A stretch of DNA of 64,000 bases from Ostreococcus lucimarinus (taxonomy: Eukaryota), in NCBI GenBank assembly GCA_000092065.1, contig CP000586.1; one strand, written 5' to 3'. Below are positions 29,987-40,550 of the stretch, one piece after another; the stretch's first letter is position 1; each line of letters starts with the position of its first letter. Position numbers and translations under genes: made by a program. The notes beneath the pieces are model-generated. The model searched no databases and was not told where the DNA came from. It saw nothing but the letters and a program-made list of their open reading frames with translations.

Positions 29987-31117
29987 ATGCCGCGTCGACC
30001 GAACGCGCCGCGCGAGGCGCCCGGGAAGTACGGCGCGATGGCGCGCGATGAAGAGAGCGGCGTGCGCGCGGCGTGGACGTCCGCGGACGACGCGAACGAC
30101 GACGACGCGGGACGAAGGATGCGAACGCGGTCGAAGCGAAAGGGCGCGCGACCGGGACCGCCGAAAGCGGAACCGCCGAAAAAACTGGCGAAACGGATCG
30201 TGGGGTTCTTTTACGACAATCTGTGGATCGCGTTCGTGGCGTACGCGCTGGGGGCGATGTGTATTCTGCAAAAGATTCCGGGGGAGCGCGATTTCGCGAA
30301 GCCGGCGGACGCGGCGTATTTCGTGGCGATCAGCGCGACGACGGTGGGGTACGGGGACATGTCGCCGAAGACGGACGAGGGAAAGGTGTTCGTGATGGTG
30401 CTGCTCGTCACGGGCGTCGCCATCGCGGGGGTGGCGATGACGAAGGTTACGGATTGGATTTTAAAGGCGCAGGAGCGCGCGATGAACGCGGTGATGGAAC
30501 GTTCAAAGGCGCGCATGGCGGTTGATATGGCAAAGTTGCGCGCGCAGGTCGGTGCGGACGCGGGCGCGGATCAGGACGAAGAGTTGAAGCGAGCGCTGGC
30601 GAACAAAGAGGAACGCACGTTCAGGGCGAAGCAGCTGTCTCCGCTCGCGCGAGCGTTGGTCGCCATCGCCGTCGTCGTCATTCTGGGCGCCGTCGTGATG
30701 CATCGACTCGAGAATATTAGCTTTTTAGACGGGTGTTATTGGTCCATCGTCACCAGCACGACCGTCGGATACGGTGACGTGACGCCGAAGACGCAGAGCG
30801 GGAGGATTTTCGCCTCGTTTTACTGCTTCATCACCGTCGGCGTCATGGCGTGGGCCATCGGACAAATAGCGAGCTCGAGCGTCGAGTCCCAAGTCGAGAA
30901 ACACGCCCAACTGAAGGCGTTTAAACTCACCCCCGAGTGGCTCGCCGCGCAAGGAGGCGATAAGGGTTACGTGGACGAGTTTGATTTCGCAAAGGCGATG
31001 TTATTAGCCATGGGCAAGTGCGAACAGAGCGATTTCGACACCGTCGCCGCTCGATTCAACGAGCTCGACGTCAACGGCGATCGCACGCTCGACGCCAAGG
31101 ACTTGCTCGGCGCGTAA
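29987..31117 (+). CDS. two-pore-domain K+ channel (TPK/K2P-type) with C-terminal EF-hand
   Basis: Two pore loops carry TVGYGD selectivity filters (ISATTVGYGDMSPKT and VTSTTVGYGDVTPKT), each flanked by TM helices. The C-terminal EF-hand reads FNELDVNGDRTLDAKDL. I chose the ATG at 29987 because of its strong Kozak context (ACCATGC). In-frame ATGs also lie at 29933 and 29963, and the ORF frame is open back to 29183. Confidence 0.8.
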   Translation: MPRRPNAPREAPGKYGAMARDEESGVRAAWTSADDANDDDAGRRMRTRSKRKGARPGPPKAEPPKKLAKRIVGFFYDNLWIAFVAYALGAMCILQKIPGERDFAKPADAAYFVAISATTVGYGDMSPKTDEGKVFVMVLLVTGVAIAGVAMTKVTDWILKAQERAMNAVMERSKARMAVDMAKLRAQVGADAGADQDEELKRALANKEERTFRAKQLSPLARALVAIAVVVILGAVVMHRLENISFLDGCYWSIVTSTTVGYGDVTPKTQSGRIFASFYCFITVGVMAWAIGQIASSSVESQVEKHAQLKAFKLTPEWLAAQGGDKGYVDEFDFAKAMLLAMGKCEQSDFDTVAARFNELDVNGDRTLDAKDLLGA

Positions 31118-31224
31118 CTGCGCGATCATGTTTTAATAGTACTCATTCGCGACTCTGTATCGCGCGCTCACGCAACCGCGACGCCCTCCTCAGCTCGCAC
31201 AACTGCCCCCACACTCGCCCGCGC

Positions 31225-31734
31225 ATGCGCTCGTTGAACGCGATCGCACGAGCGTATCGCGTCGTCCGCGCCGCGCCGTCGCGTCGAGCGAACAACGATC
31301 GACCTCGTCGCGCGATGGCGCACGCGCGTAAGCCCGGCGTCGCGTCGGACGACGAGTTTGAACGATTTTTTAGCGCAAATCAAGGCAAAACGGTCGTCGT
31401 CCTTGACGCGCGCAACAGCGATTTTAGCGTCGAACCGTCGGACGAGCAGTTTGGTGGACCTCAGGGGAGCGCTCCGATCGCGGATTGCGGCACCAGCGCG
31501 CGTCCGAACGCGGTGAACTGCGCTTTTGATCGCTCGGCGAACGCGCTGCGCGATTTGCAAGTCCTCGAAGCGAAGACGGGCGGGAATAAGTCGACGCCGA
31601 TCATCACGCACTGCGGCGGTGGCGGACGTGGGCAGAAGGCGAAAGAGTATTTAATATCGCAGGGGTACTCGAACGTCATCAACGGCGGTGGGCCCGCCGT
31701 CGAAGCGCTCTGGAAGACGTTTGGTTCGATGTGA
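31225..31734 (+). CDS. single-domain rhodanese-like sulfurtransferase/phosphatase-fold protein
   Basis: VVVLDARNSDF……ITHCGGGGRGQKAKEYLISQGYSNVINGGG gives an active-site Cys loop in a rhodanese fold. The first ATG is at 31225, with an alternative at 31315; the listed 31018 start is not ATG. TGA is at 31732-31734. Confidence 0.65.
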   Translation: MRSLNAIARAYRVVRAAPSRRANNDRPRRAMAHARKPGVASDDEFERFFSANQGKTVVVLDARNSDFSVEPSDEQFGGPQGSAPIADCGTSARPNAVNCAFDRSANALRDLQVLEAKTGGNKSTPIITHCGGGGRGQKAKEYLISQGYSNVINGGGPAVEALWKTFGSM

Positions 31735-31801
31735 TTCGCGACGCTCGAGTCGAGTCGCGGGTGCGGTTCTAGCAGAAATTTGTCATTCATTCATGCAGTT
31801 T

Positions 31802-32560
31802 TTAAGGCACGCTCGCCGCGAGCGCCTCTTCTTCTTGCGCGCGGAAGGCGCGGTGGGAACGCCGCGCCGCTCGTGCCTTGCTCGCTGAATCCCAATCGAC
31901 GATGACGAACGTCCACGACAAGCTGTGCGCGCACGCGCACGTCAGCCACATCCAGTACCCCCACCCGAGATAGTCGACGAACGCATCCTTCGCGATATAG
32001 CTCGGCATGTCGGCGCGCACGCGAGCGACGAGAACGGCGTACGAGACGCACGCGATGATGCACGCGATTTCCGCAAAGCCGCCGTACACCGCCGCCGACG
32101 TCGACGCGAATCCCGCCTTCGCCCGACGCCGTCGAATGAAGTAAAAAACCTCACAAACCAATTCCATCGCGCCGTAAAAGATGAATCCCACCGCGCAGGC
32201 GCGCGTCAGCTCTACGAGACTCATGTGATTACCACCGAAGACGTCGCCGTAAAACTCGCCGATCTCCGTCGAGCACTGACGAGAATCGCGCCCGAGTCCC
32301 CGAAACGACGTCTCCATCTCGCGCCACCAACGAGTGATGCTCGATCGATCGAGTCGACGCGCATCGATGTTCGAGAAGTGATAGCACACGCGCCAGAGCC
32401 CGGCTCGAGAGATTCCCGGCAGCGCGCGCGCGGGCCGCTTCGGCTCCAGCCACTGTTCACTACACAAGGAAACCACCGCGAACGCGAGCGTCAGCGCGCG
32501 CCACGCGGAGAACCGAACGAAGAACGCGACTCGATAGAATTTCCACCAGTCTCGGCGCAT
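31802..32560 (-). CDS. hypothetical tetraspan membrane protein
   Basis: I placed the start at Met-108 of the 359-aa ORF (MRRDWWKFYRVAFFVRFSAWRALTLAFAVVSLC…). Four hydrophobic segments contain conserved-looking Trp/Cys residues (GLWRVCYHF; FIFYGAMELVCEVFYFI; FAEIACIIACVSYAVLV; WMWLTCACAHSLSWTFVIV). The upstream ORF part is R/S-rich. The start is uncertain. Confidence 0.45.
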   Translation of the reverse strand: MRRDWWKFYRVAFFVRFSAWRALTLAFAVVSLCSEQWLEPKRPARALPGISRAGLWRVCYHFSNIDARRLDRSSITRWWREMETSFRGLGRDSRQCSTEIGEFYGDVFGGNHMSLVELTRACAVGFIFYGAMELVCEVFYFIRRRRAKAGFASTSAAVYGGFAEIACIIACVSYAVLVARVRADMPSYIAKDAFVDYLGWGYWMWLTCACAHSLSWTFVIVDWDSASKARAARRSHRAFRAQEEEALAASVP

Positions 32561-32681
32561 CGTTTCGAGCGCGTCTCGGCGTCGCGCGTCCCGGCGTCGC
32601 GGTGTGACGACAGTCTCGGCGACGCCACGCGGTGACTGTTCGTATTTCACAACCACCGAAACGTCACCGCGCGACGCGCGC
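32561..32681. promoter_or_regulatory. putative bidirectional promoter between the tetraspan membrane protein (-) and the WD40 gene (+)
   Basis: About 121 bp separate the divergent start codons. Confidence 0.3.
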
Positions 32682-33869
32682 ATGACGCTCGAGCCGCTCG
32701 AGCCGCGACGCGCGCCCGCCGTCGCGGACACCGATGCGCTGGTGGCGCTGGCGCATCGCGCGCGGTCCGGGAACGAGTGCACGTGCGCCACGGGGCGAGG
32801 AACGATCGTCAACTTTGACTTGCGCGAACCGAACGACGCGCGCGCGTTCGTCGTTCGAGGCGCGCGCAGGCGCGAAGTCAACGCGCTGACGTGGCGAAAC
32901 GAACACGCGCTGTTTCACGCGTCCGATGCGGTCGTCGTCGAGTTGGATGCGCGTAAGATGAGCGCCGCGGGCGACGCGGCGGTGATTCGGCGGTTCGAGG
33001 GCGCCGGAGACGTCGTCAACGGCGTCGACGTCGATCAAGACGACGCGATGCTCGCGGCGTGCGACGACGCGGGCGAGGTGATCGCGTACGATTTGTCCAA
33101 CGGGGAAATTTTGCGAAAGCTTCGCGGACACGATGGGTGCGTCACGGCGGTGGCGTTTCGAAGGAAACGCGGCGCGAGCGAGTGCGCGACGGCGTCGACG
33201 GATTGTCGCGCGATGAAGTGGGACGTCAAGGCGAAGAGCGTGCCCGTGCGGACGTGGGACGCGAGGAACGTGCTGAGCGCAGAGGATTATGATTGTGGAA
33301 AGATTACCGCGCGCGCGGAAGACGAGTCAGCGTCGATCGACGCGGGCGCGAGCGCAAAGGCGTTCAATCCGCCGATGCTGCACTCGTTGGCGTTTTATCG
33401 AGGCGAGACGAGCGAAGAAAACGCACCGGGCCTTCGCCGCGTCGCCGTCTCCGCGTGTGGTGATGGATCGGTGATCGTCTTCGATATCGATCACCCCGGC
33501 GTGAGCGGTGGATCGCGCGCATCGAAAGGTAAGAAGAAATCGTCGCTCGCGAGCGCCGGACCGTTTGCCGACGGCAGAGTCGAATGCGTCCGCCTCGGCG
33601 CTGACGGCGTCAGGGGTCACACCAACGCGGCGACGTGCGCTGATTTCGTGCCTTGGAACAGAACGGGCGACGTCATCGTGTCCGGTGGCGCGGATCGTCG
33701 CTTATTGGTTTGGAATTGGGTCGACGAGGCGAGCCACGCCGCGAGAGGCCTGCCCGTCGCGTCGATCGAGCGCGATCGCAAGATCAACGACCTCGCCTTC
33801 GCCGCGGACTCTCGCGCGATTTGCGTCGCCGACACGAGTCCGACGCTTAAACTATTCGCACTGCGCTAG
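32682..33869 (+). CDS. WD40-repeat protein
   Basis: ATG at 32682 begins MTLEPLEPRRAP…. Several WD-like repeats are present (…GHDGCVTAVAF…, …VRTWDARN…, …VIVFDIDHPG…, …VIVSGGADRRLLVWNW…). TAG is at 33867-33869. Confidence 0.6.
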   Translation: MTLEPLEPRRAPAVADTDALVALAHRARSGNECTCATGRGTIVNFDLREPNDARAFVVRGARRREVNALTWRNEHALFHASDAVVVELDARKMSAAGDAAVIRRFEGAGDVVNGVDVDQDDAMLAACDDAGEVIAYDLSNGEILRKLRGHDGCVTAVAFRRKRGASECATASTDCRAMKWDVKAKSVPVRTWDARNVLSAEDYDCGKITARAEDESASIDAGASAKAFNPPMLHSLAFYRGETSEENAPGLRRVAVSACGDGSVIVFDIDHPGVSGGSRASKGKKKSSLASAGPFADGRVECVRLGADGVRGHTNAATCADFVPWNRTGDVIVSGGADRRLLVWNWVDEASHAARGLPVASIERDRKINDLAFAADSRAICVADTSPTLKLFALR

Positions 33870-34009
33870 GATGTATCACAGGCCGTACCATAGCGAAACC
33901 GTCTCGCGCTCGCCTAACCGCCGCGGAGCGCGACGCCGCAGAGCGCGACGCGCGCGTCCTCCGACGCCGCGTCGAGCGCGCGGCGGGCGCATCGCGTCGC
34001 GGCCATCGC

Positions 34010-35982
34010 ATGCCGCGCGATCGCGCGCCCCGAATCGCCGCGCGCGAGAGCAAACGCTCGAAAACAGCACCAGCCATGTCGGGTGGCGGCGCCGACGTCT
34101 CGACGAAATCAACGACGCCGCAGGGCACCGACGGGACTAAAGGCACCGACGATCGAAGGGATCACGAACGGCGCATGCGAGCGTTGTGCGCGTCGACGAG
34201 CGCGGCGATGCGGGAAGCAGGCGCGGACGCGGATGCGCGAGCGATCGCGGGCGAAGCCGTCGGCGCGCTCTTCGAGCCGACGCTTCGACGCGCGCGCCGA
34301 TTGATGCAAAGCGAACTGGGAAAGTGGTCGTCGGAACATCTCGCGCTCGCGTTGGACATTTTCATGGGGATCGTCAACGACGAGGCGATGGTCGCGGCCG
34401 GGCGGAGCAAGACGTCGAGCGAGGCGCTCGGCGCGCTCGGCGCGCTCGCGAGTTGTTTCGCGACTAAGCCGAGCGGCGCGTTCGAGCGCGCCGTCGTAGA
34501 CGCGATTCCGAGGCGTGCACTCGCTGTAGCACTCGCACGTGGATTTGAATTAGCGGTCGTCGAGGCTCGGGCGGGTGTGCGAGCGTCGCCGAACGATGTG
34601 GAAGTGTTAGCGGAGAGCGCGGCGTTGGCGTACGCGATGACGACGTCGCAGGGGCGAGAAGATGCGACGACGCTGGAGCCCGTGTTGCGGGCGCTGTACG
34701 CGTTTTTGACGCTTGACAGTGCACCGTCGAGAGACGCGACGTTCACGGCGGGTGTGACGCTCGCGAGGGCGTGTTGCGACGACAATCGTCCTGAGACGTC
34801 GCTCGAGGCATTGGAGGCGACGTTTTTTGCCGGAGCGCGCGGTGCTTGCGATGGCAGCGCGCTCTTGCGCGCCGCGACCCGAGTGGCTAGTGCAGACGAA
34901 ACGATGCGAGCGTCATCTTTCGGTGCGCTTGCTGTGCTTCGTGGATTTATCATCACGGCTGACGACGCAGCCCTCGCACGTCGGCGAGACGGTGACGCGA
35001 TATTTCACGACGTGCTGCCGGCCATTTGCGAGTTTATCGAGCACGGCGATGATGTTCATCATAGATTTCACGCTGTTACGTGTTTGAAAGTAGCTTTAGA
35101 AAAGATGAAGTCGGCCGCGTCGATGGGTGCGTTGAAAACGTTTCCAAGAGACGCGTTTGATCGCATCGCGTTTGTCATCGCGTCGCGATGGGAAGACACT
35201 TTCGGGCACACCGTGCGAGAAATCCAGACGTGCTTTGGGTTGTTGCTCGATATCATCGTCGATTCATTTGAGGCGCAGTACGATGATTATGTCGATCGCG
35301 TTATCTCGCGAGCGTTGCGACGGCCAGCAGAGCAGAAGAGCAAGTACCTCGCCCTGCGCGTACTCATTACCAAGTTTGGCGCTACACGCATTCTTACGGC
35401 GGATTTGGATTTACTCTCAAAAACGCTCGACGCCATGCGAGAGGCGTCGATTGCACCCGCGGCATCCAGTATGCTCGCCGACTTGTCGAGTGCGTACATG
35501 AGCGAACTCAAATCCATTTCAAAGTGGCGCGAGTGGTGGCTTCCGTGTGTGACACGTTGCGTGTCCGCGGAATCCAAGGCACGCGCGCCGATCGTGACTT
35601 ATGTCCTGCCGCTCTTTTTTAAACAGGACGGCGAATCCGTCATCGAGTTTACGAAGCATCTCTCGAATGAAGCTAAACGAGACTATCGGAACGACAATCT
35701 CATCGCCGCCGTCGTTTCCGTGCTCAAAGTGGCTCGTAATTTACAAATGGTTGATCCCAGTCGCATCACCGTCGTTCGGGCGGCGGCTAACGGAGACGCC
35801 TCGACGCCTTCATATGAGGTTGACCAAATCGTTATCGACCACGCCATGGCGAGCGTGGACAAAACCGCGCGTCTCGATGTGCTCGAATGGCTTTGCCTGG
35901 AAGGGCGACGCGGCTCGGCCACACTTCCAGGGTCATACGAACTCAAGTTATTGAAGCGCATGGTTTCCGCCAATCTCAGAGG
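34010..35982 (+). CDS. THADA: THADA (thyroid adenoma-associated protein / Trm732, DUF2428) homolog, exon 1
   Basis: ATG is at 34010, with an alternative ATG at 34076 (MSGGGADVS…). The long ARM/HEAT-like ORF ends at an AG|GTGCGT donor, so the exon ends at 35982 in phase 2. Confidence 0.65.
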
Positions 35983-36175
35983 GTGCGTTTCCTTATCGCT
36001 CGTCACAATTTACTCGAGCTCTATGACGATACAATCCTTTAAGGCGCTGACGACTATGAGGCATCCTTAACCTCCTACTCATTCGGAGAGCTCGACCGTT
36101 TCACGCGGCGTACCGCGCGATGACTTGCTGATCGCTTCTCGACTAACCTTCGATTTTTCATTCGTCCGCACACAG
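35983..36175 (+). other. predicted intron 1 of THADA homolog (GT-AG, 193 bp)
   Basis: GTGCGT…CACAG, with CTAAC about 25 nt upstream of the acceptor. It joins frames in phase 2+1. Confidence 0.55.
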
Positions 36176-37094
36176 AGAATCGGTTTCCTTTCGGAGCGCC
36201 ATCGTGACGCTTGTGTCTAAAGTCTTCGTGCGTATGTGGACTGGTGTCAATCAAATCGGACAAAAAGTCCGACGTCGCGGAGAAGCTGCGATTAAGAAGG
36301 GCATCGTCACAAACCGAGCAAAGGATGATCCTTTGAAGTCGGATATCGAGCGCGCGACAGAGGTGCATGCGTTCGTCGCGGAGATCGTATGCGTGTTGAT
36401 TGCAAACGTGTATCCAGGCGCGCCATTCGAGCGACGTTGCACCGCACTGGAGCTATTAAACGTGATTGCGGATACGTGGAAGACTGCTGATGATTTTGAA
36501 CTTACTGAGAAACACGGAACGGTCGAACATGGCCACGACGTCATCATCGCGCGACGGTTGCTGACTTCGCCGTACGACGCATACATGAGGGATGAAGCGT
36601 TTACGAATCTATTGCTCGGAGCTCTCGTGGACAGCTGGGAGAAATTGCGAATGACTGCGTTTGATTTATTGCGAAGGCATCCGGCACCGCTGGCGGGTAT
36701 CGAGACTCCAGAAATACTTGCAAAACGGCTCGAGTGGGCTTTGCAGCTTTTACGATCGCCTCGCGTTCGTGAAAGTGGTGCGGCGGCGCTGTTGATTCGT
36801 TTACTCATTCGTAAATACGGTTTCGACTTGAACTGGCGTATCCACCTTGGTCCAGTTACTCAGGTCGTCGAACACGCGAGAGACGCCGCAGACGTGGCGA
36901 AATCAGGAGCTACTATCCAGGTCATGGAATCGCTGTGCGACTTACTCGAACAAGATATTGCGCTCGCGGAACGAGACGTCATGAAAGCGAGTCAACGCTC
37001 ACTTGCACATGGTGCCGTTCTTTTGACGAGATTTGCACTTTGTGAGATTGATTTGAATGGCAAATTCGACGAGTCGACTCAGAAGCGAATACAG
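36176..37094 (+). CDS. THADA: THADA homolog, exon 2
   Basis: Acceptor …TTCATTCGTCCGCACACAG| sits with CTAAC about 25 nt upstream. Reading continues …ANLRG|ESVSFRSAIVTLVSKVFVRMWTGVNQ…. The exon ends …STQKRIQ before a GTGAGT donor at 37095. Confidence 0.65.
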
Positions 37095-37328
37095 GTGAGT
37101 TCAGTCGTGCCTCGCGCGCTACGTGTTTTCGACACTTCTTTCGAAAGGCGATGAAGAAAACCAGGCTCCCTCTACCGAATTGCCATGTCGGATAACCGTC
37201 GGCTGAATCGAACAATAAACAACCCTGGCCAGGACCGAGCTCTTTCGATGTTTTCTTTTTTTTTCTTCATCCCGTCACGCGGTTCGTTGCGACGTTGACT
37301 GAACTCACATTTCTACTTCTATTCGCAG
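37095..37328 (+). other. predicted intron 2 of THADA homolog (GT-AG, 234 bp)
   Basis: GTGAGT…poly-T tract…TTCTATTCGCAG. It is AT-richer than the flanking exons. Phase is 0. Confidence 0.7.
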
Positions 37329-38081
37329 GACTCCGCGAGTCGTTTAATGGCGCTCGCGGGACGCGCCACAGATTTGGCTTTGGACTTCATTAGTCAGCCT
37401 GATGCCTTGGGTGCGACGGCGGAGGAGGTCAAAACTCTACAACACGACGATCTCATGGACGACGCCGAGGATGTTGACGACGACGCATCACTCGATCTCG
37501 CGCCCAAGGCTCAAATCATCACGACAGCGTGCTGGCTGACGGTGAAGGAAACGAGCCTACTCACGGGTGAAATCATAGCTTCGTCCACGGATGTATTTTC
37601 GTTCGATGCGATCAAATCGACGGGCGAGCGCTTGATGAAAGTGTTGTTCGCCGTAAAACACACCGGTGCTCTCGAGAAAACACGCATCGGTATGACTGCA
37701 GTTTGTTCACGCTTGATGCGATCGGACGACGCTGCTATGAAAGCGTTACCGCAGCGTTGGCTTGAAGACCTTCTTGATCAACTCAATCGCCCTGGTCAAG
37801 GCATTCGTGATCGCGTTCGACGTTCGGCGGGCTTACCGTACGCGTTCATGTCCATCCTTCTCGCCGAACCAAAAGGACAACCGAGACTGGCGCTTGACGG
37901 CGCGCTCCCTCGCTTGCTCGATATTGCATCTGGTGTTGTGAGCTCGGACATTCCCCGAGTGCATGCCTTCAACGTTATTCGTGTCATTTTCGCCGATCGA
38001 GATTTGACGATGGACACCACACCGTACGCCGCGCGAGGTGTGCAGGTGTGCATCGACGCTTTCTCTTCGCCAACTTGGGAG
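37329..38081 (+). CDS. THADA: THADA homolog, exon 3 (contains DUF2428 core)
   Basis: Acceptor …TTCTACTTCTATTCGCAG| is preceded by CTCAC/CTGAAC motifs. The exon encodes …GIRDRVRRSAGLPYAFMSILLAEPKG…, the RRSAGLP signature of THADA/Trm732, followed by …AFSSPTWE. It ends before a GTACGT donor at 38082, in phase 0. Confidence 0.7.
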
Positions 38082-38324
38082 GTACGTCCTCTATTGTCAC
38101 GCGCATTCGTTCTCGCTTTCTCGCCGCGCCACGCTGGAGGTATCGTTGCCTGTGCTTTAGCCTTGCGATTGGGCGCATGGCTTGTTCCCCAGCAACATTC
38201 AAGGAGTTCGAACAAAGAGCGCCCGCGTGCTCCAGCGGGCGTTTGGAAACTCGAACTCAACATTCGCTTATCGATGTTTGCTGATCAAACTTTTCGACTG
38301 ACTTTTGCCTCGACGATGCTATAG
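38082..38324 (+). other. predicted intron 3 of THADA homolog (GT-AG, 243 bp)
   Basis: GTACGT…CTGAC…ATAG, phase 0. It removes an in-frame stop and restores the conserved W-x3-N-x2-T-L-x-F-x3-L motif across the junction. Confidence 0.6.
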
Positions 38325-40490
38325 ATTCAAAACGCCGCGACACTGGCTTTTGCGTCGCTCTTGACCAAAGTGTGTGGTTACATGAACACCGTGACGCGCG
38401 CGCGCCATTTCACCGCTGACGGTCGTCACGAGGTGAAATTCGTCGAGTTTTTCCAAAGGTTCCCAACACTCATGACGTATTTGGGCGCCGAACTCGAAAA
38501 GGCAACGAGCCTGTCGTGTTTGGAGACGTCACTCGACGTCCATCCGAGCTTGTATCCAATACTAGCTCTACTCTCTCGATTGAGACCGAGCTTGGACAAA
38601 GACAAGAGCGCGTACACCGATGGTAAATGTGGCGACGACTTCTTCGTTCCGCTCGTGCGATGCATGTCGGGTAGATATCTCGCCGTGCGCACCGCCGCGG
38701 CGCGCGCTATGGTGCCCATTCTACCGTCCACGCGTTTGTGCGAGTACATCGACAAGATATTCACCTTCGAGCTCGTCGATAAAGTAAACCTCAACGCCAT
38801 TCACGGAGCGTTGCTGTGTTTCCTCGAAGTCATCAACGAAGTCCGACGGTCAGCGTTCTCTGATGACGTGTGCTGGGCGGCATTCTCCGCCGACGCGTCC
38901 CGGCGCTTAGTCGCATTCGCCGAGTGTGCCGTCGGAGCGCCGTGTCCGATGATTTCTGCGACATGGCTGAGATGTGCTGAAGCCATTGTCGCGATTGAAA
39001 ACTCAAAGCGCAAGTGCGCGCGCTCAAATTGCGCGTGCCGAACAACGGGGGATGAAAACGCGATCGGTGAAATGTTGCGAATGATTTGGCAGTGTGCCGC
39101 ACCAGTACTATCGGCAAACGCGGAAGGTCATCCAGGGGCATCTGAGTGGCATAGAACAGCGGCAGGAGCGCGAGTACGACTCACATTAGGATTCGATTCT
39201 TGGCTCGTGCCGCTGAATGATGGCCTTTGCGCGAATTTGGACACGGGCGACGCCTTGACGGCGTTGCTCGATACTATCAGTCAAGACTTGCCGTATGAAT
39301 ACCGCGCTGAGGCGTACAAAACCATGTTCAAAACACCCATTACGAAAGATACGAAAGTTTTGAGCGATAAGTTGCGTCATTTCGCCGCGGAAAATCTCGC
39401 GACAGAGTCGCGACACACGTGCGCACGTCGCGCGCTTCAGTGCATCGATTTGTGGACGGCAAGCAGCGATGCGAATGTCTCGTCGACCGTTTTTACCGCC
39501 GTCGAAAGCATTACATTTTCGAGCATAAACGAGCGCGTGCGATCGGAAGGCATGCGATGTCTTGCGGTGCTGTACAAGCGTCGCATTGCCCAACAAAACG
39601 GTTCGTTGAATATTGACGATTTCAAGTCGTTGGACAAGTTTACGCGTGCTTTGTCCATTGGATCTGCACCTGCGCAGTCCGCGGAGACTCGTCGCGCCGC
39701 TGTCGACGCACTCGCTCGAGGGGATCTGTTGCTATACCTCAATCTTGAGAACGTTAAACGACAGGAGTCGAGTCACGACTTTCCGGCACAAGTGGCGTTG
39801 TCGACATGGAAATGCGCGTTGACGCTCGTCGAAGACGAGGATGTTGAAATCCGCGCGAAGGCATCCATCGCCATCTCTCGCGCAGTGGCCCCGACGGTAC
39901 CTAGCGCTCATAGTGAAGAAAGTCTTTGCGACGCTTTCGCACACATGCACTCCAACTTTGCCGGCCTCAGAGAATTCGATGATTACTGCGTCCAACTCGC
40001 TCGCGGTTTGGCGCACGACGAGGCTAGCTTTGCGAGTGTCATTTCCAACGCCACGAGTGTTCGTCGGCTCTTCGATAAGGAAGCAGATAATATACACGCC
40101 GAACCTCTGTTGTTGGCGCAGATCGCTGCGACTCACGCTTCGCAGACGCTCGATGTTGAACGCGCGAGGGAGGGTCTCAGAGACGTCACCGAGCGAATCG
40201 AATGCATGTTGCGCGCGCTGCGAGCGTCTCCCGAAGACGTGTGGGTGGGCGGCATCGCGGGGCACGAGGCCTGTTTCTTACCAATCAGCAACGCGATTCT
40301 CGGTGCGAGCGTGTTTGCAAAAGCGCTTGAGCGCCAAAACCTTCCCAGTGGTGAATCGTTCCGCGAGACGATGCGCTCGGCGAGCGCGGCGATACCTCAG
40401 CTGCGATTATTCGTAAACGGCGGACTCGACATGTACGACCACGTGTATCTCATGAAGCATCGCTTGTGGCACCTCGGCGCAATCTCCTAA
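38325..40490 (+). CDS. THADA: THADA homolog, exon 4 (C-terminal HEAT region)
   Basis: After acceptor …GCTATAG|, reading gives IQNAATLAFASLLTKVCGYMNTVTRARHFTADGRHEVKFVEFFQRFPTLMTYL…. This aligns, from memory, with human …VRNSSTLLFSALITRIFGVK…NRMTGREFFSRFPELYPFLLKQLE. TAA is at 40488-40490. The four exons sum to 5811 nt, about 1936 aa; human THADA is 1953 aa. Confidence 0.7.
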   Translation: MQNAATLAFASLLTKVCGYMNTVTRARHFTADGRHEVKFVEFFQRFPTLMTYLGAELEKATSLSCLETSLDVHPSLYPILALLSRLRPSLDKDKSAYTDGKCGDDFFVPLVRCMSGRYLAVRTAAARAMVPILPSTRLCEYIDKIFTFELVDKVNLNAIHGALLCFLEVINEVRRSAFSDDVCWAAFSADASRRLVAFAECAVGAPCPMISATWLRCAEAIVAIENSKRKCARSNCACRTTGDENAIGEMLRMIWQCAAPVLSANAEGHPGASEWHRTAAGARVRLTLGFDSWLVPLNDGLCANLDTGDALTALLDTISQDLPYEYRAEAYKTMFKTPITKDTKVLSDKLRHFAAENLATESRHTCARRALQCIDLWTASSDANVSSTVFTAVESITFSSINERVRSEGMRCLAVLYKRRIAQQNGSLNIDDFKSLDKFTRALSIGSAPAQSAETRRAAVDALARGDLLLYLNLENVKRQESSHDFPAQVALSTWKCALTLVEDEDVEIRAKASIAISRAVAPTVPSAHSEESLCDAFAHMHSNFAGLREFDDYCVQLARGLAHDEASFASVISNATSVRRLFDKEADNIHAEPLLLAQIAATHASQTLDVERAREGLRDVTERIECMLRALRASPEDVWVGGIAGHEACFLPISNAILGASVFAKALERQNLPSGESFRETMRSASAAIPQLRLFVNGGLDMYDHVYLMKHRLWHLGAIS

Positions 40491-40550
40491 AAATACTGTA
40501 GCTGAGCATAGATATTGAATAATAGACAATAGATCCCTAGAAGTGCGGAG

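Noticed and set aside
29320-29988. 222-aa minus-strand ORF in the Nudix/K-channel intergenic region
   Set aside because: It has some protein-like features, a hydrophobic stretch and heptad-like segments, but A/R composition typical of GC-rich noise. There is no motif, so it is kept only as a low-interest note.
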